Under the pieces are notes generated by a model. That model had not been told where the DNA came from. It ran no database searches and worked only from the letters and a program-made list of their open reading frames with translations. A program made the translations under genes and the position numbers. DNA of 64,000 bases from a bacterium (GTDB lineage Bacteria; Patescibacteriota; Saccharimonadia; Saccharimonadales; DATKHC01), in contig JAJXXC010000002.1 in NCBI GenBank assembly GCA_021781215.1, positions 16,274 through 80,273 on the forward strand. Reading direction: 5' to 3'. Positions 63,013 through 64,000 of this stretch are shown here, in pieces (within the stretch, counting starts at the first letter, position 1; each line of letters opens with the position of its first letter).

Positions 63013-64000
63013 CTATTTAGAAATTATTGGCGGCGGAACTGGTGGCGGCGGAGTTGGATCAGAGAATTCAATATTCGATCCAGCTCCATAATCTACGCCC
63101 GATTCATTTTTAGGAGTGTGATCAAACTTAGGGGCTTCTACACTATTACCCCTGTCTAGGTCTACCGGTTGAGCATTCAAGGCTTCCACTGGCTTTAAGG
63201 ATACGCTGGGCGCTGGGGTCGGAATAGTGTTATTAGATACTGGGACGGGAGGAATTGATTCACCCATTACTACTGAGTGATGGCTCATCATGGGTGTATT
63301 AAACGTTGGTGCTATAGCAATCTGATCAACATCATCGGGATCCGGAACCGTAGGAAGCCCAAAATCATTACCATCAGAATTTGGTACTGACTTGGGCGCC
63401 GGATTATTAATACTGGGAGAATTATCGTTTTGATTAGGTTTCTCTTGGCTAGGAGCAGTGTTGTTTGTCGGTTCTTGTTTCGGGTGATCAATCGAAAAAG
63501 CACCGTCATCTGCTGTGTCGGGGCTTGGTGTTCCCGATGATTTATCTGAGTCTACGTTGACTGTGGAAGTTTGTGGTTTATTGGCCTCAGCTTCACCATT
63601 TAAAACTTCTTTTGAAACTAGTTGTTGGTTAGCCCCTGCTTCTAAGAGCCGAGACCCAGCCGCCATTGTCGCAGATGTAGTTTTACTATTACTAAATTGA
63701 GCGGTCTCTTCAATAATTCCAGACAATAAGGCATTGGCAATTTGACCGTCTAATAATTTTTCTACCTTTATGTTAGACGATAGACCAACTAACATTTCAC
63801 ACAAACTACTAGCCTTGGCATCATTCCAATTAATTGTGCCAAGACTACTTTGTGTTGCAGTATTGATGGTGGCTATGGTTGCATCATGTAATATTCTACC
63901 CTGCTCAATAATTACTTTGTCTAACTCTTCTCTTTTTACAATGCCCAAAGCAATCACAACGTCAACATTGAAATCCCCCATTGAGTAGATGAAGTCTTTT
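63013..64000 (-). CDS. Hypothetical protein with a Pro-rich C-terminal tail. 5'-truncated: the ORF stays open to the window end.
   Basis: The frame is open upstream of Met 63981 (..KDFIYSMGDFNVDVV..), so the N-terminus lies beyond 64000. The C-terminal 200 aa is low complexity (P/S/N/T-rich, ends PPPPVPPPIISK). Confidence 0.45.
   Translation of the reverse strand, partial: KDFIYSMGDFNVDVVIALGIVKREELDKVIIEQGRILHDATIATINTATQSSLGTINWNDAKASSLCEMLVGLSSNIKVEKLLDGQIANALLSGIIEETAQFSNSKTTSATMAAGSRLLEAGANQQLVSKEVLNGEAEANKPQTSTVNVDSDKSSGTPSPDTADDGAFSIDHPKQEPTNNTAPSQEKPNQNDNSPSINNPAPKSVPNSDGNDFGLPTVPDPDDVDQIAIAPTFNTPMMSHHSVVMGESIPPVPVSNNTIPTPAPSVSLKPVEALNAQPVDLDRGNSVEAPKFDHTPKNESGVDYGAGSNIEFSDPTPPPPVPPPIISK

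Overview
This is a low-GC, gene-dense chromosomal segment. The gene content (type IV pilus genes without a secretin, reduced housekeeping operons, an intron-bearing rRNA operon) resembles a Patescibacteria/CPR (Saccharibacteria-like) genome. The taxon call is inference from gene content only.

From left to right:
- An rRNA operon on the minus strand (16S - tRNA-Ile - tRNA-Ala - 23S). The 23S gene is interrupted near E. coli position ~1931 by an intron encoding a LAGLIDADG homing endonuclease. This ORF is truncated by the window start and missing from the ORF track.
- gyrB-gyrA.
- A three-gene minus-strand operon: a polytopic membrane protein, an acidic protein, and a 917-aa membrane-anchored VirB4/VirD4-class P-loop ATPase.
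- A ~1 kb non-coding AT-rich region with a near-consensus sigma70 promoter.
- infC (non-AUG start)-rpmI-rplT.
- RNase P RNA (rnpB, not in the ORF track).
- An RNase H fusion protein, scattered tRNAs, an M50 protease, rpmB, miaA, thrS, nrdR, a GT2 synthase-like glycosyltransferase, a PgeF-like protein, and VapBC next to tRNA-Arg.
- ndk and xerC/D.
- A ~16.5 kb all-minus-strand type IV pilus supercluster with no secretin. In transcription order: Ig/beta-propeller secreted protein, 1000-aa S/T/N-rich secreted protein, pilM, pilN, pilO, small TM gene, pilB, pilT, pilC, major pilin, pilD, four minor pilin-like genes.
- ychF, tlyA, efp, rpsF-ssb-rpsR, ftsK.
- An AbiEi/AbiEii abortive-infection pair wedged between ftsK and rnj.
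- udg, pnp-rpsO, and a final CDS truncated at the window end.
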